This document shows, piece by piece, positions 18,041 through 30,600 of a stretch of 64,000 bases of DNA; the first letter of the stretch is position 1; each line of letters begins with the position of its first letter. The notes under the pieces are model-generated. The model saw only the letters and a list, made by a program, of their open reading frames with translations, did not search any database and had not been told where the DNA came from. The position numbers and the translations under genes are program-made. The stretch spans positions 124,001 to 188,000 of the forward strand of contig JAPMXV010000060.1 of the NCBI GenBank assembly GCA_026936335.1, read 5' to 3'. Source of the stretch: Mantamonas sphyraenae STR306. Lineage: Eukaryota; Protista; CRuMs.

Positions 18041-20747
18041 TCAGCTGTACTGCCTGTTCTGCTCCGTCATGCTGATCAAGCTGCCGGGCAGGCGAATCAG
18101 ACGCAGTTCGCGCGAGTTGCGCATGGAAAACGCAGCCAGGAAGATCATGCCCACGAGAAGGAGGATAAACAGCACCCAGAGCCAGGTGGTCTCCACTGGG
18201 TCTGGGTGGTACAGGCCGTAGTTGACCAGCGAGTGGCCAGCACGTCCATTCAGTGGAAACATGGCCGCTGGGTTCAGTGCCACGTTGAAGAGCACATCAA
18301 AGCGTGGCGAACCCACCCCTGTGGCCGGGTCCCATCCCGGCGCCGCCGCAAATCCGTGCTCGCAACACTCGCCCGTCTTGTTCTGTGCCCGTCCGCAACG
18401 GTTGTCGCCGTACACAACGTCGTTGAACGCCTCCGGGTGCTTCATGGCCACTCCATAGATCCAAGGGTTCAGGAAGCCCAGTGGCTTCTGGTTGGTGTTC
18501 ATGCGTGCGTCGTTGATCAGCGTCACAATCGCCGCCATCACAGGCGCACTTGCACTCGTCCCGTCCACGCTGTAGAACCGTTTCGTTGTCGTGTCTGCAA
18601 TCCCTTTCAGAAAGTGCTTCAACTTCATCAACACAGGGTACTGGTGTCCCACCACACTCACGTCCGGGTACCCACGGCCCTTGCTGTTGTAAAACGACGC
18701 CGGCGGCAACCCGTTGCCCTGGCTCTCCAGGTACGCCTTCACCAGATGCCTCTGGTACGCAGGCGCAGGATACACGTCGCTAAACCCTCCTCCCGATGTG
18801 ATGTGCGACCCGGTGATGGTGGATGACACCACCTCGCCCAGCGGACAGCTGATGGACACCCCGCCTGCACTCCTCTCTGCACACATGCGATTGATACGTG
18901 TGGAAAACTGTGTCGCACCCACACTCGTCACATACGGCGACGCAGACGGGTACGCGGGACCCGCGCGAACACACGCTGCACGCCCTTGCCTGTGGATTTG
19001 CTGCCGCGATCCCACCGCACCGTCGTCACCCGACGAAAACAGGATGCTCACACCACGCAGACCCGCTTTCTTGAACTCTTCGTCCAGGCGCACACGGTAA
19101 GCTTCGCTGATGGTGTTTTCGTCGTCTGCAAACGACACACTGTGCACCAGCGGCGGATTTGCGTGCCCGGCCAGCTTCAACATCCACTCGTGGAACGTCT
19201 CCTGGCCATCGTTGTCCCGTCCGGGCTGCGACCAAAACTCGTGTCGTGCCCCGCGTGCCAATTGCACGTATTGGATGTCCAGTGACGCCTCGCCGCCCGC
19301 CTTGGTTGCGTCGTTCGGTCCTTCCACGCGCACGTCGCTTGCTGCCTCCCCGTTCAGCGCCTGAAACTCCGTCAGATCCGCAGGGTCGTAGAACTGGTCC
19401 AGAAACTCGGCCACGGCCACACTCGACCGTTCGTTCGTGCATCGCTGGCCCTGCGGGATCCGATAGAACTGACGCAGGTTTGTCAGCGACGCCCACGGGC
19501 TTGCCACACCGGCGTGCAGACTCCACACAAACTTGGAGTAGGTTTTGTCCGCAAACATTTGACGCACTTTAACACGATGCAAGCGGAAGTTGTGCACACG
19601 CACCCGAATGGGCGCGTAGCAAATCGTATTCCGTGTGCCGTTCTGCACACACTTCATCTGTGCCACCGTGAAACTGAGCTTAAATGGTTCAAACCTATCC
19701 AGGTACGACGAATTGCTCCACGGCTCCACAATCACTTCCGCGCCAACCATGTGCGGCTGGTTGCCAGGACGATCCGCACACAACCGGTCCAGCGGCGCAC
19801 CCGTGTTGTTTCCATCCTTGCAACGCACCTCAAACACGGCCGCCAGCTCCATGTCGCCTCCCTGTGGAGCCAACACGAGCGGTTCCGGACCGCGCAAGCT
19901 GCCTTCCATGACCGCTGCTGTGGCATCGTCTTCGGCTTCCGCCATTGCCTGCAGTCCCTCCTCCGCTTGATGATGCTTGGGTGCGGTCACTTTGGGCAGT
20001 CCGTGCATGCCCAGTACCACGTGCACATGTTCCGCAATCTCTGCTGGCACACTGTAGTGCTCCATGGCACGATGGACCACACGCCCCTCTGCAAACGGGT
20101 GTGCAAACGCACCCATGCGAGTCTGCAGTGCAGACTCCACACTGCTCACACGCAATGCCCCGTGCACAAACTCCCGGTTGGGTGTCACACTCATCTCGTG
20201 GTCTGCCACCCCGTGCGAACGAAGCCACGCCTGCACTTGCGACACGCTCCTTTCCGACGGCCCATACAGCTTCCCAACCTCCTCATGGCTCAGGTACTGC
20301 CCATACTTTTCGTGCTCTGGATCAGACACCTCCCAGAACAGTTTCTGCAAGTGTGCGCCCCCGCCGTTCAAGCACGTGTCAGCTGCAACGCTTGGGCCCT
20401 TGCCGCTCGCTGATTTCCCCTCCCACTTCTCCCAACTTTTCGCCGTCTTGTGCCCTTCCCTGGCCCCCAACCGCCATTTTAACCGGCTCATCACACGCAC
20501 TCACCTCCATATGCGCCCTGTTGCGGTGTTTCAGCGCAAACACGACATTCACTGTCTGGTGCGGGTGCGGTTTCTGCCCCAGCTGCTTCCAGCCAGCGCC
20601 CGCCCCTACGCCAGGCACCGCGTCCCACTCCAGGTTCACTCTGCCATCCGGCACACTGCCTGCACACACAGCCACGCCCACCACCATTGCCATCACCATG
20701 GCAACCACTGCCAAATGGCATTCGGACCTCGTGGCTCTCGACAACAT
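18041..20747 (-). CDS. TPP1: Tripeptidyl-peptidase 1 / sedolisin (S53) precursor with C-terminal TM anchor, complement(join(18041..20344,20505..20747)), ~848 aa
   Basis: Signal-like N-terminus and prodomain VSDPEHEKYGQYLS. Catalytic EASLDIQY, SSGDDG and GTSASAP; also GRGYPDVS and GWDPATGVGSP. Phase-0 intron GTGAGT..CTGAC..CAG. Confidence 0.92.
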
Positions 20748-20792
20748 CGGGCTCGCCAGCTTCTTGTTGCCGCTGGCGCTGCGCACAGAGAG

Positions 20793-20793
<1 letters not shown>

Positions 20794-20841
<48 letters not shown>
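20794..20841. repeat. (CA)~24 microsatellite between the CNH-RhoGEF stop and the TPP1 start
   Basis: Perfect CA run read directly from the sequence. Confidence 0.95.
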
Positions 20842-20844
<3 letters not shown>

Positions 20845-20923
20845 GCGACGAAACATCCATCCCTCTCTCCACATCCCTTCCCCTTCTTGCAAGCAAACAG
20901 GTTCATTATTGGCCTTTGCCCAC

Positions 20924-23900
20924 TCATGGTCGCAGTGGCAAGTGGAACAACTCAAACACGCGCTCGCCGCCTGCATGACTGCTGGACGAACTCGATCGCA
21001 TGTCCTCCAGGGACACAACCTCCTCCGAGCTGTTGCCGGCTTCGTCTGTGTACTGCACCGTGCCGTTCACCAGCACACCTGCGTTGTACTTGGCCAGCAT
21101 CCGGTTGCCCGACTCCACAAACAGCAGCTCTGCATCGCCGTGCAGCAGACCGTGGCTCCACGATCCTGTCACCGTCACTGTCTTGTTCTTGTACTTGCCA
21201 TTGCCATGCGGCTGCAGTGTGGCCTGCAGCTCGCCCTCGTACGTGCTTCCGTCTGCAAACTCCACGTGCATCATCCCTGTCGGCCTGCCACGTGCCCACT
21301 CTCCCGCCGTCACGTTGCCGTCCACATCCACATGCTCGCCTTCGCCCTGGAACAAGTCGTAGGCAAATGCTCCTGTGTACGTGCTTCCGTTGGCGTCTGT
21401 CCACTTGCCATGGCCGTGTTTTGCCGACCCCACAAACTCGCCCTTGTACCTGCCCAGCGCTCCCTCCAACACTCCTTGGCCCGTCATACTGTCGCTGCGC
21501 CAATCTCCCTGGTACACATCGCCGTTGGCCCAATGGTACGTGCCGTTGGTGTCTTCCCGCTGCCCGAAGCGCCACCTTCCTTTGTACACCTCCCTGTTGG
21601 CGTATCGCATCTTGCCCTTGCCATGCCTTGCATCCTGGCTCCATTCTCCAACGTAGTTTTCCACCTTTTTCGCGTGGAACCAGCGTCCGTAGCCCTGCCG
21701 CATCCCGTGTGCAAACTCTCCCTCATACTCAAACCCACTCGGGTACTTGATATGTCCACGGCCGTGGAAAAGGTCGTCCTTCCACTCCCCAATGTAGTGC
21801 GTGCCATCTGCCATCCGCACCTCTCCCTTGCCACTGCGCCGCCACGTGTTCTTGTCAAATTCGCCCCTGTACCTGTGGCCCGCACGGCTGACAATCTCCA
21901 CCGCCGCGCTTGCCAGCGCGTTGTTCTTCCAAATGCCACGCATCTCATCGCCGTTGCTAAACACATACTTGCCGGGGCCCTCGCGCAGGCCGTCCGCAAA
22001 CGTGCCCACAAACGATGCCCCGCTCGTGTAGTGGAACACTCCTTTGCCTTCGGGCTTGGCCAGTGTCCACTCGCCCTCGTAGCGTCCGTTGTTGAAGCGA
22101 TACTCCATCCATCGCTTCTCCCAGTCCTCTTTGCCCTCGTCGTTGTTCACCTGGCCCACCAGCGCCGTGATGTTTGCGTTCAGCATGCGCAGCCACTCGT
22201 CACGATCCTGCACACTCTTGCCAAAGATCTTGTACTTGGACACCGGGTCGAGCACGTAGAACGCCGTCCTTCCGTCCGGGTTCGGATCCTCGTACACCCA
22301 CGTCGTCTCCAACCAAAACACGTGCACCAACACCGTCGGGTTCTTTTGTGCCACCACAAGGATGTCGCTGAACAGCGCAATCTCCAACTGCTCAAAGAAG
22401 TTGTCAAAGAATGCCGACGCGCTGCCCTCGTGCGTAAACTTGCGCTCTGGATCGTAAATCGACGCCAGCTGCGGCAGTTTCTTCTGCCATTCACGGAACT
22501 TGTCCTGCGTCTTCTTCTCGCTGTTGACCAGCATCAACCGCGCGTGGAAGTTGCTCACAAACTTCTGTGACCGTTGCAGCGGCTCGTGGTCCAAACTCTT
22601 GGCCGGCGTCAGGTCCGTCAGCTGCGGCACAATCGTCTGTGCGTAGATGGCCACCCGTTCAGCAGGCATCTTCATCAGCCACTTGATCGGCGGACAGCCC
22701 TTTTCCTTTTCCTGCGACACCAGAAAGGCGGCAAACGCCGGGTTGTTGCGTTTCGCTTCACGCAGCGCCTCCCACACCAGTTCAAAGTGCCGCGCATAGT
22801 CCATGTACACCAGAAACTTGTCTGCACGCGACGTCCACAGGTCACCCACCATCGTTTTCGTCTTGCGGTCTTGCACGCGTGCACGCATTTCCTCCAGCAG
22901 ATCCCTGTGCAGCAAGATCATGCGTTCCACCTTGAGGGACGCCATGCCAAGCGTCTTCTCCGACACATACTGCCGTGTGGTCGAATTTTGCAGATACGCA
23001 TTGTTCAGCGTGCCCAAAAGCTCAACGTATTCCTGCTCCGCCTCCACGAGCCCGGCAATGTACCTGTCGCGCTGACGGGCCTCCTTGAGTTTGGCACGCA
23101 TGCGACGCATGCACATGAACACGCGCATTGCGTCCTTGACCACCTTGTACGCGTCCTCGTGTACATCTCGAGACAGGGCCACGCTGTGGTGCAGACCCAC
23201 CGCAACCTGCAGCGGGCTCAGCGGACGACGCAGTTTGCGGTAGCGCACCACACGCGGGTAGCGCTGCATGGGCACCGTGAGACGGTCCAAAGCCATCGAC
23301 GCTTGCGTGAAGCGGCTGCGCTTGATTTCCACCCCGGCCTCAAAGGCAAAGCCCGTGGCACGCGAGTCGCCAAACATGAGCAGGCGTCCGTGCTCGTCGA
23401 CCACCCCCGAAGCACTGCCGCCTGCAAAGAGTCCCCCATTGCTGGGCATCCGTGCGCCACTTTCGTCCTCCGTTGTCGTCGACGTGTCCATGGCACGCAT
23501 TGGCAACGCCACAGGCTCGTCGCTGTACTGACACACCATCAGCTGCTCGCTGTCCAGGTAAGCATCAGGCAGCAGCTGTTGTGCATACGAGCCTGTGAGC
23601 TTGACACCACCACCTTCCTCTTGTTGCTGAGTGTCTCCTGCGTCATCGCCGGCTGCACCCTCTTCCTCCTCCGCCTCCTCCTTCTCGTCCTTTTCCGTGT
23701 CGGCGGTGCGTGCACGATCCAACTCCAGCTCCTGGCGGATCTGCTCCGTAAACACCACCATGTCCGTGGCGTCGACGTCGCGCATGAGCTGATACTCCTC
23801 CTCGTCGATGGCTTCCAGCGCGCCAAGTTGTGCGTGCGAGCCGTCGCCCAGTGCATACACCTGCTGCAGCGCATCCTTGGCCAGCGTGTGTGACGCCCCG

Positions 23901-26394
23901 CACGCCACATTCAGCACGGCCTCGGGCAATGGCAGGTGCACAGGGGTCGCCACGCGAGGCTCCATGGCCGCGTCCAGTCCCACCTGTCCTGCCGTGTTGT
24001 TGCCCCACAGAAAGAGCCGTCCCTGGCTGTCCACCGCCGCCGAATGGTATTGCCCCGCGGCGATGCTCGTCACCACCGCGTCTTCAGGAAGCACCACCTG
24101 CACCGCTTGTGCCTCTGCATGTGCGTCTGCGTCACCCCCGGTGCCCAGCTGGCCACATGTGTTGGCAAAGCATGCGTACACCTTGCCATCGTGCGACAGG
24201 GCAAGGACGTGTTGCGACCCGGCCGCCACCTGGGTCACACGTATCCCCTGCAGCTGTTTCATCATTGTGGGTTCCACCACTGTGCGTCCTGCATACGATC
24301 CACTCGCTGCCAGCGTGCCAAACACAAACACCTGGCCCGACTCTGTCAGCGCAACACTCACAGACGCACACGCAGCCACTTGGCACACACGATAGCCAGT
24401 AAGCGACTCCACCAGCTTGGGGATGTGTGCCGATTGTTTGTCCGCTGCAGACTTTTTCGACGCGTCGTTTGCTGTGTGCGGCAATCCCAGCTGGTGGGCG
24501 CTGTTGTCGCCCCATGCATACACAAAGCCACGGCCCGTGCAAAGCACAGAGTGGTAGTCACCGCACGCAATGCTGGCCACGGTTTTGCCCGACAGCACTT
24601 CCACCAGTTGTGGGTGACGCTTGTCAGGAATCCAACCCGAGCCAAGCTGGCCGCGTGAATTGTCTCCCCACGCATACACGCTATGGAACACCTGCAGGCG
24701 GTCGTCACGGTGGATTGCGTCCACCATCTGCTGACGCACTACAGGCAGCGACGCAGGCACGCGTCCGGTGAACTGTTCCGGTTGGTAGAGCTTGGAGGAG
24801 GCCACGAAACGGCGCAGGCGCTCGGCGAGGTCTGCTGCAAGGGCGCCCTTTCCCAAAGCCTCTGCCTTTTGGTACACGTCCAAGTAGGCAGCCACGAGGG
24901 CATTGTGCACATACACGTCCTGGTGCTCTTGTGAAATGGCCAGATCCTCGAGGTAGGGGACAACGTGCGCAGGCGCAAACAGCTGCAGATGGGTCACTAC
25001 TGCCGACGGGTCCAGGAAACGATCGGCGCTCTTGCTGGGCAGGAAAATGCCAATTGCCTTGGCTGGGTCCAGCTGCAGCACCCATGGCGAGTACTCAAGC
25101 ACCAGGTCCAGGTCGTTGTTGGTTTTGAGAAACTCGATGGTGCGTGTGACACAGTAGGACGCAGTCTTGGAGTCCAGATCCACGCCACGCATTGTTTCCA
25201 GAGCATCACGGTGCTTGCCCAGATGCATCTGCAGCGCAGCAAGGCCGTCTGTGCGGCCGTGTGACACAAGCAGCTCGGTGGCACGCGCCAACGTGCACTG
25301 CTGGCCGCCAACCAGGAATGCCTCGAGAGCATCCATGGCCAGGTTGGTTTCCAGGTACAGGCGCAGCAGCAGCTCGTCCACCTGAAAGTCTTGCACGGGC
25401 ACTGTGTACGACTCGAGCGCGTCGACCACAAACGGGGTCTTGCGCGACGAACTGGACACAGGATGCTCGCGGTCGTTGATAAAGTGAGGAACGAGCGCGA
25501 GGAGAGCCATCTTGAGGTCGACGCCTTCCACGGGCTTCATGCGGGGCTTGAATGTCGAGGGCGGCTCAATGAACCCAGCAAAGTTGACCACAATGTCCAC
25601 AAAGTGGGTGCCTGTGTTTGCCATCTGGCTGAACGCACGTCCAAAGTTGCCGTCTGCAAAGAGGGCAAAGCCATACTCCTGGCGCACCTGGTTGGTGATG
25701 CGGCGCTTCTCCTCGCGGGGCAGGGTCATCTCGCGCAACAGTTCCAAAGCCTCGTCAAACTTCTTGCCCTTGAGAAAGAGGTCCAGTTGGTCAAGCTTGT
25801 TGAGGGGCATGAGCTTGGAAACGGAGCTACCCTCGGGGCTGAGCAGGTAGATGTTGGAGCCAAGCGGGCACCACTCGCGGCAGGCGACGTCTGTGATGAC
25901 GTCGACGACACTGCCCGAGGTTGTGGCTACTTCGACGTCGCCGTTGTCAAACTGGGCAACCACGTACGGGTGTGCAAACGACACACGCTTGGGCTGCTTC
26001 TTGCAACGCCAGTTGAGGTAGAACACCTCCTGCAGCTGCGCCAATTCGACACACACCAGCGTGCTGCCGTAAAAGAGCATCATTTGGTTATCGTTGCGAT
26101 TGGGATGACAGAACGCAGGCAGGTGCATGTCTCGTTGGTTCGACGGCGACGGGTTGGCAAACAGCTCCTGCACGTCGCCGCGTTCCAGATCAAGGATGGA
26201 AAACTCCAGCTCGCCGTCGCCTGTGAAGCACAGTGTGTTGGAGGAAGCAAAGTTCATGTGACGCGGGGGCGACGACATGGTCAGGTCGAACTGTTCTTCC
26301 ATCTTACTGCCGTCCCACTTGTACAAGCCGAGCTTGGTCTTGACAAGGACACACAAGTTGACTGCAGAGTCGGCACAGAGAGGGTGTCAGCGAG

Positions 26395-26438
<44 letters not shown>

Positions 26439-27549
26439 GTGTGTGTATATGGAATTCGCAAGTGTGTGCGTGTGTGTGCACTGCACGTACCCAAGCCTCT
26501 GCTGGTCCAGGTGACAAAGGTGGAGCAGTTCTTGGTCTTTTTCAACTTGTCGCTCTTGAATGAGTCTGCCTTGGTGGTGGTGCGCCAATCCGACGGCAGG
26601 GACAAGTAGCGGATAAAGGTGTCTGTGCGTGTGATGATGATGTTCTCGCTGGGGATGACCTGCAGCTGCAAGATATGCTTCTTGCCCTGGAGGAGCAGAT
26701 GGTCGTTCGGCTTGCTTGGGTCGCGCACAAAGAACAGGCCATCTTCAGTACCCAGAGCCAGACCAGCGTGGTCGGCGTCGATCTCTGCAAGGATGGAAAG
26801 GTGAAACGAGGCCAGTCGGGGTGCGTGTAAGAGAATTCGTGGGCGTCGAGACGGGAAGCCAAGGCTGCGGTGGGGATGCTCACGTACCAAAGGGGCATAG
26901 ACACAGGATGTCTCGGCCAAAGTCCTCAATGATCATCTCCTCACTAAACAGATCCGACGAGCGCTGCGGAGGTGTGGGAACATGCGACGTCAGCCGAGGA
27001 GGAGGAGGCCGGATACAGGGGCACGTGCGAGAGAGAGGGAAAAGGAAGGGAATGTACCTTGGCGCCCGAAGCGAGGGAGGAAGAGCGCGAGGATAGGCCG
27101 GATGAGGATGAAGATGATGATGAGGATGAAGAAGAGGAGATAGTGTTGATGGCACGCGGGTTTGCAACGGAGATGGAGCGCTGGGGAGGGGGTGAACCAG
27201 GTTCCCCCGACTCGTTGTTCTTGATCCTGTTGCGAGAGCTGGCTTTGCGAAGACTGCGGTTGGAGGAGGAGTTGTGGCGTGAAAATGATGCGGGCGGAGC
27301 TGGGTTAGCATTTGGCTTTGAGTGTGGGTTGTGTACACAGCTGCAGAGGCTGAAAAGAGGCAAGTTAGGATTCTTGATGCGACAACCACTCACCTTGTGC
27401 TCTTGCCGCCGGAGCGGGACTTGCGCAAGCCACTGTGGGAATGGTGACACCAATGACGGGGGAGATCGGAGATGAGGGAGGGCGGTGAGCGGGGAGTTCA
27501 AACCAAAGGGGCATGGTGGCATTGTCTGGCACGAGTTGACCTACCTCAT
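20924..27549 (-). CDS. CNH + clathrin-repeat (Vps39/TGFBRAP1-like) + RCC1 repeats + DH-PH RhoGEF + MORN repeat protein, complement(join(20924..26361,26491..26784,26888..26963,27058..27253,27394..27432,27545..27549)), ~2015 aa
   Basis: CNH start LALGTEDGLFF and FAHPYVVAQ; Vps39-like LVLEYSPWVLQLDPAKAIGIF and PYLEDL...HNALVAAYL. RCC1 repeats (VYAWGDNSRGQLG, IACGDYHS, VAAGSQHVLAL). DH (LVEAEQEYVELL, LMKMPAERVAIY), PH (LFSDILVVA, RDEWLRML) and many MORN repeats (YEGEW, YIGEWKDDLFHGRG). The three most 5' exons are less certain. Confidence 0.88.
26396..26480. repeat. Intronic (GT)n microsatellite
   Basis: GT dinucleotide run inside intron 26362..26490. Similar runs lie in introns at ~13184-13227 and ~16424-16448. 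Confidence 0.85.
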
Positions 27550-27603
27550 TGAAAGGTTCTGCTTGGCGCGGACGTCGCCAAAAGAAGCAAAGCAAGCGTC
27601 CCA
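27550..27603. promoter_or_regulatory. Putative 54-bp bidirectional promoter with inverted TTGGCG...CGCCAA (E2F-like) motif
   Basis: Lies between divergent ATGs at 27549 and 27604. TTGGCG at 27563-27568 and CGCCAA at 27576-27581. Function is inferred only. Confidence 0.4.
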
Positions 27604-30600
27604 ATGAGTGGCGACAAACCCATCGGTGGACTCAACCTGGGTGGGTTGTCGCGTCTGGACAATGACCAGCCAAGTACACCACGTAGGCAGAGCAGCGGCC
27701 TGTCCTCACAGGGAACGCAATCATCGCGCCGCTCTGCAAGCTCCAGGACATCTGAGAATTCAGCCGATGATGGAGAACAGGTTAGTGTCTTATGTAGAGG
27801 CAATTGGAAGCAAAATGTGGCGCACAGGAGGCGTTGCTGGGAAATGGCGGGTGTGTGGCGGGAAGCGCTTGAAATTTGACGAATGGCGGTTATTGGGTGA
27901 AAGCATGCGTGGGAGGGTGGAGAGGGACACTGGGAAGCGAGAAAAGGCTGACATGGATGCGGGATACACCCTCCATTCACAGGAGTCCTATGTACAAACT
28001 CGTTCGCAATCGCAGCCGCGGTCGGAACGGCAGGAAGATGCGGCAAAGAGGCGGCCAGAGAATGTGCGGCGCGAGCGAGGGCAACGGGGCATGGGTGGCC
28101 TGTCGCGGCCGCCGCCAACGCCGAAACGCAAGACAAAGGAAAGCTCCAAACCAGGCAGTGGGGCAGTGGGGCTCATGAATCTGTTCATTCCGCCCCCAGA
28201 GAGCGAACGAAGTCCGCGAGGGCGGACGCCTCGCGGCCAGGCGAGCCCACGAGGGAATTACAACCGCAACACGGGCGCAGAGGGAGGGCGTGGGGACAAA
28301 ACACCACGTTCCGCTGGAAGCAAGACGCCGCGGAGCTCAGGAAGCAGGACACCGCGGTCGACGGCGTCTCCGCGAGGAAGCAAGAACACGCGCAGCGGCG
28401 GGATCCAGTCCGAAGAGGACGACTCATTGGTGATGAGCCCCATGACACTGGACAGCGTGTCTGAAGACCGTGAAGATGAGGAGGCAGCAAGTGCTGCGGG
28501 AAGCGCAAACGCATATGGCGAGGTGAAAAGGAACCCCAATTTCCAAGGCTTTGGCAAGAAGAAGCAGGCTTCACCGAAGTCAACCACGACTTCCACGACA
28601 ACTACATCCACGTCTACACAATCAGCGTCGTCAACAGAGGATGACCATGGTAATGTGCGACGCAACCCGAACTTCCAGGGCTTTGGTAAGAAGAAGAGCA
28701 CGCCGAAGGAGGAGGAAACACCGAAGGAGGATGACCATGGCAATGTGCGCAGGAATCCGAACTTCCAGGGCTTTGGCAAGAAGAAGAGCACGCCGAAGGA
28801 GGAAGAGACACCGAAAGAGGATGACCATGGCAATGTGCGACGCAACCCGAACTTCCAGGGCTTTGGCAAGAAGAAGAGCACGCCGAAGGAGGAAGAAACA
28901 CCGAAGGAGGATGACCATGGCAATGTGCGACGCAACCCGAACTTCCAGGGCTTTGGCAAGAAGAAGAGCACGCCGAAGGAGGAAGAAACACCGAAGGAGG
29001 ATGACCATGGCAATGTGCGACGCAACCCGAACTTCCAGGGCTTTGGCAAGAAGAAGAGCACACCAAAGGAGGAAGAAACACCGAAAGAGGATGACCATGG
29101 CAATGTGCGACGCAACCCGAACTTCCAGGGCTTTGGCAAGAAGAAGAGCACGCCGAAGGAGGAAGAAACACCGAAGGAGGATGACCATGGCAATGTGCGA
29201 CGCAACCCGAACTTCCAGGGCTTTGGCAAGAAGAAGAGCACGCCGAAGGAGGAAGAAACACCGAAGGAGGATGACCATGGCAATGTGCGCAGGAATCCGA
29301 ACTTCCAGGGCTTTGGCAAGAAGAAGAGCACGCCGAAGGAGGAGGAAACACCGAAGGAGGATGACCATGGCAATGTGCGACGCAACCCGAACTTCCAGGG
29401 CTTTGGCAAGAAGAAGAGCACGCCGAAGGAGGAAGAAACACCGAAAGAGGATGACCATGGCAATGTGCGACGCAACCCGAACTTCCAGGGCTTTGGCAAG
29501 AAGAAGAGCACGCCGAAGGAGGAAGAAACACCGAAGGAGGATGACCATGGCAATGTGCGACGCAACCCGAAATTCCAGGGCTTTGGCAAGAAGAAGAGCA
29601 CACCAAAGGAGGAGGAAACACCGAAGGAGGATGACCATGGCAATGTGCGACGCAATCCGAACTTCCAGGGCTTTGGCAAGAAGAAGGTGACGTTGAACAC
29701 GAACAGCACAACCGGCGACAACAACGATAAGAAGCCAACTGCGAGCAAGGATCACGGTGAGGTAAAGAGGAATCCCAACTTTCGAGGCTTCAGCAAGCGC
29801 TCAGGGGCAAGCGCAGTGGCTCAACTTGCGCTTGGAAACGAGTCGCCAAGCTCAGAGAGGAGTGACGACGATTCTGGGAGCAGCTCGTCAGGGAACAGGA
29901 GAAAGGCAGGACGTACAAAAAGCAGGTTCCAGGATTTTGCCGGACTTGCGCGAGGCACGGGCAGATCTGGTGAGAAACCATCGACACTGAAAGAGGCGGA
30001 GATGCACATTGCTGCCTTGCAGGGAATGCACGACACAGTGATCCGTGAGCTGGATCACATGACCGGAAGCAGGGGGGCGCTGGTGGAGCTGCACCAACAA
30101 CACATGGCGCAGACCGTGGAGATTGCCACGCTGGCATCGTATATTCTGGACGCACGATCAACCGTGCATCGTTTGCATGAGCAGTACAAGGTGTTGCAGC
30201 AAAATGTGCTGGAAATGGGCCAGCCATCGACAGCCATCAAGGCAAAGACGGCTGAGCTTGTCAACCGTCTCGGCTTGCGGTTCGACGAGATGTTCACCAA
30301 TGGCCAACACTTGGAAGAGCTGGCCAACCTGATATCCAACCGCATCTCTGCGTTGCTGGACTATGCGCGGAGTGCGGGCGTACCACATGTGGAAGAGAGC
30401 ATCGCCGAGCTGCAGAGCCAGTGTGAGACCCTGTCTTTGACTGCGTTGCACCTAAATAACCAAGTCATCGAGTTCACATCGGGCAAGGAAGCACACGAGG
30501 AGGTGTCTGGGGCCATGCAACAGAAGCTCCTTTCGACACGGGAAGAGCTGGCGGAGTGCCTGGACCACCTGACAAGCAGTGTTAAGCAGCTGCAAGACGT

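Noticed and set aside
19945-22570. 601-aa and 627-aa plus-strand ORFs
   Set aside because: Antisense to well-supported genes and read through the CA microsatellite (THTHTH).
27608-27982. ORF-track N-terminus of the 8233-aa protein
   Set aside because: Starts at GTG and reads through a clear GT..CTGAC..CAG intron; the ATG 27604 exon splices in frame.
28638-29686. CRISPR-like array
   Set aside because: Units are near-identical along their whole length with no unique spacers, are in-frame coding, and no cas genes are present.
28258-29755. Long alternative-frame and antisense ORFs over the array (496, 379, 374 aa)
   Set aside because: A stop-free 90-bp unit automatically gives open frames, and the variation is synonymous in the giant's frame.
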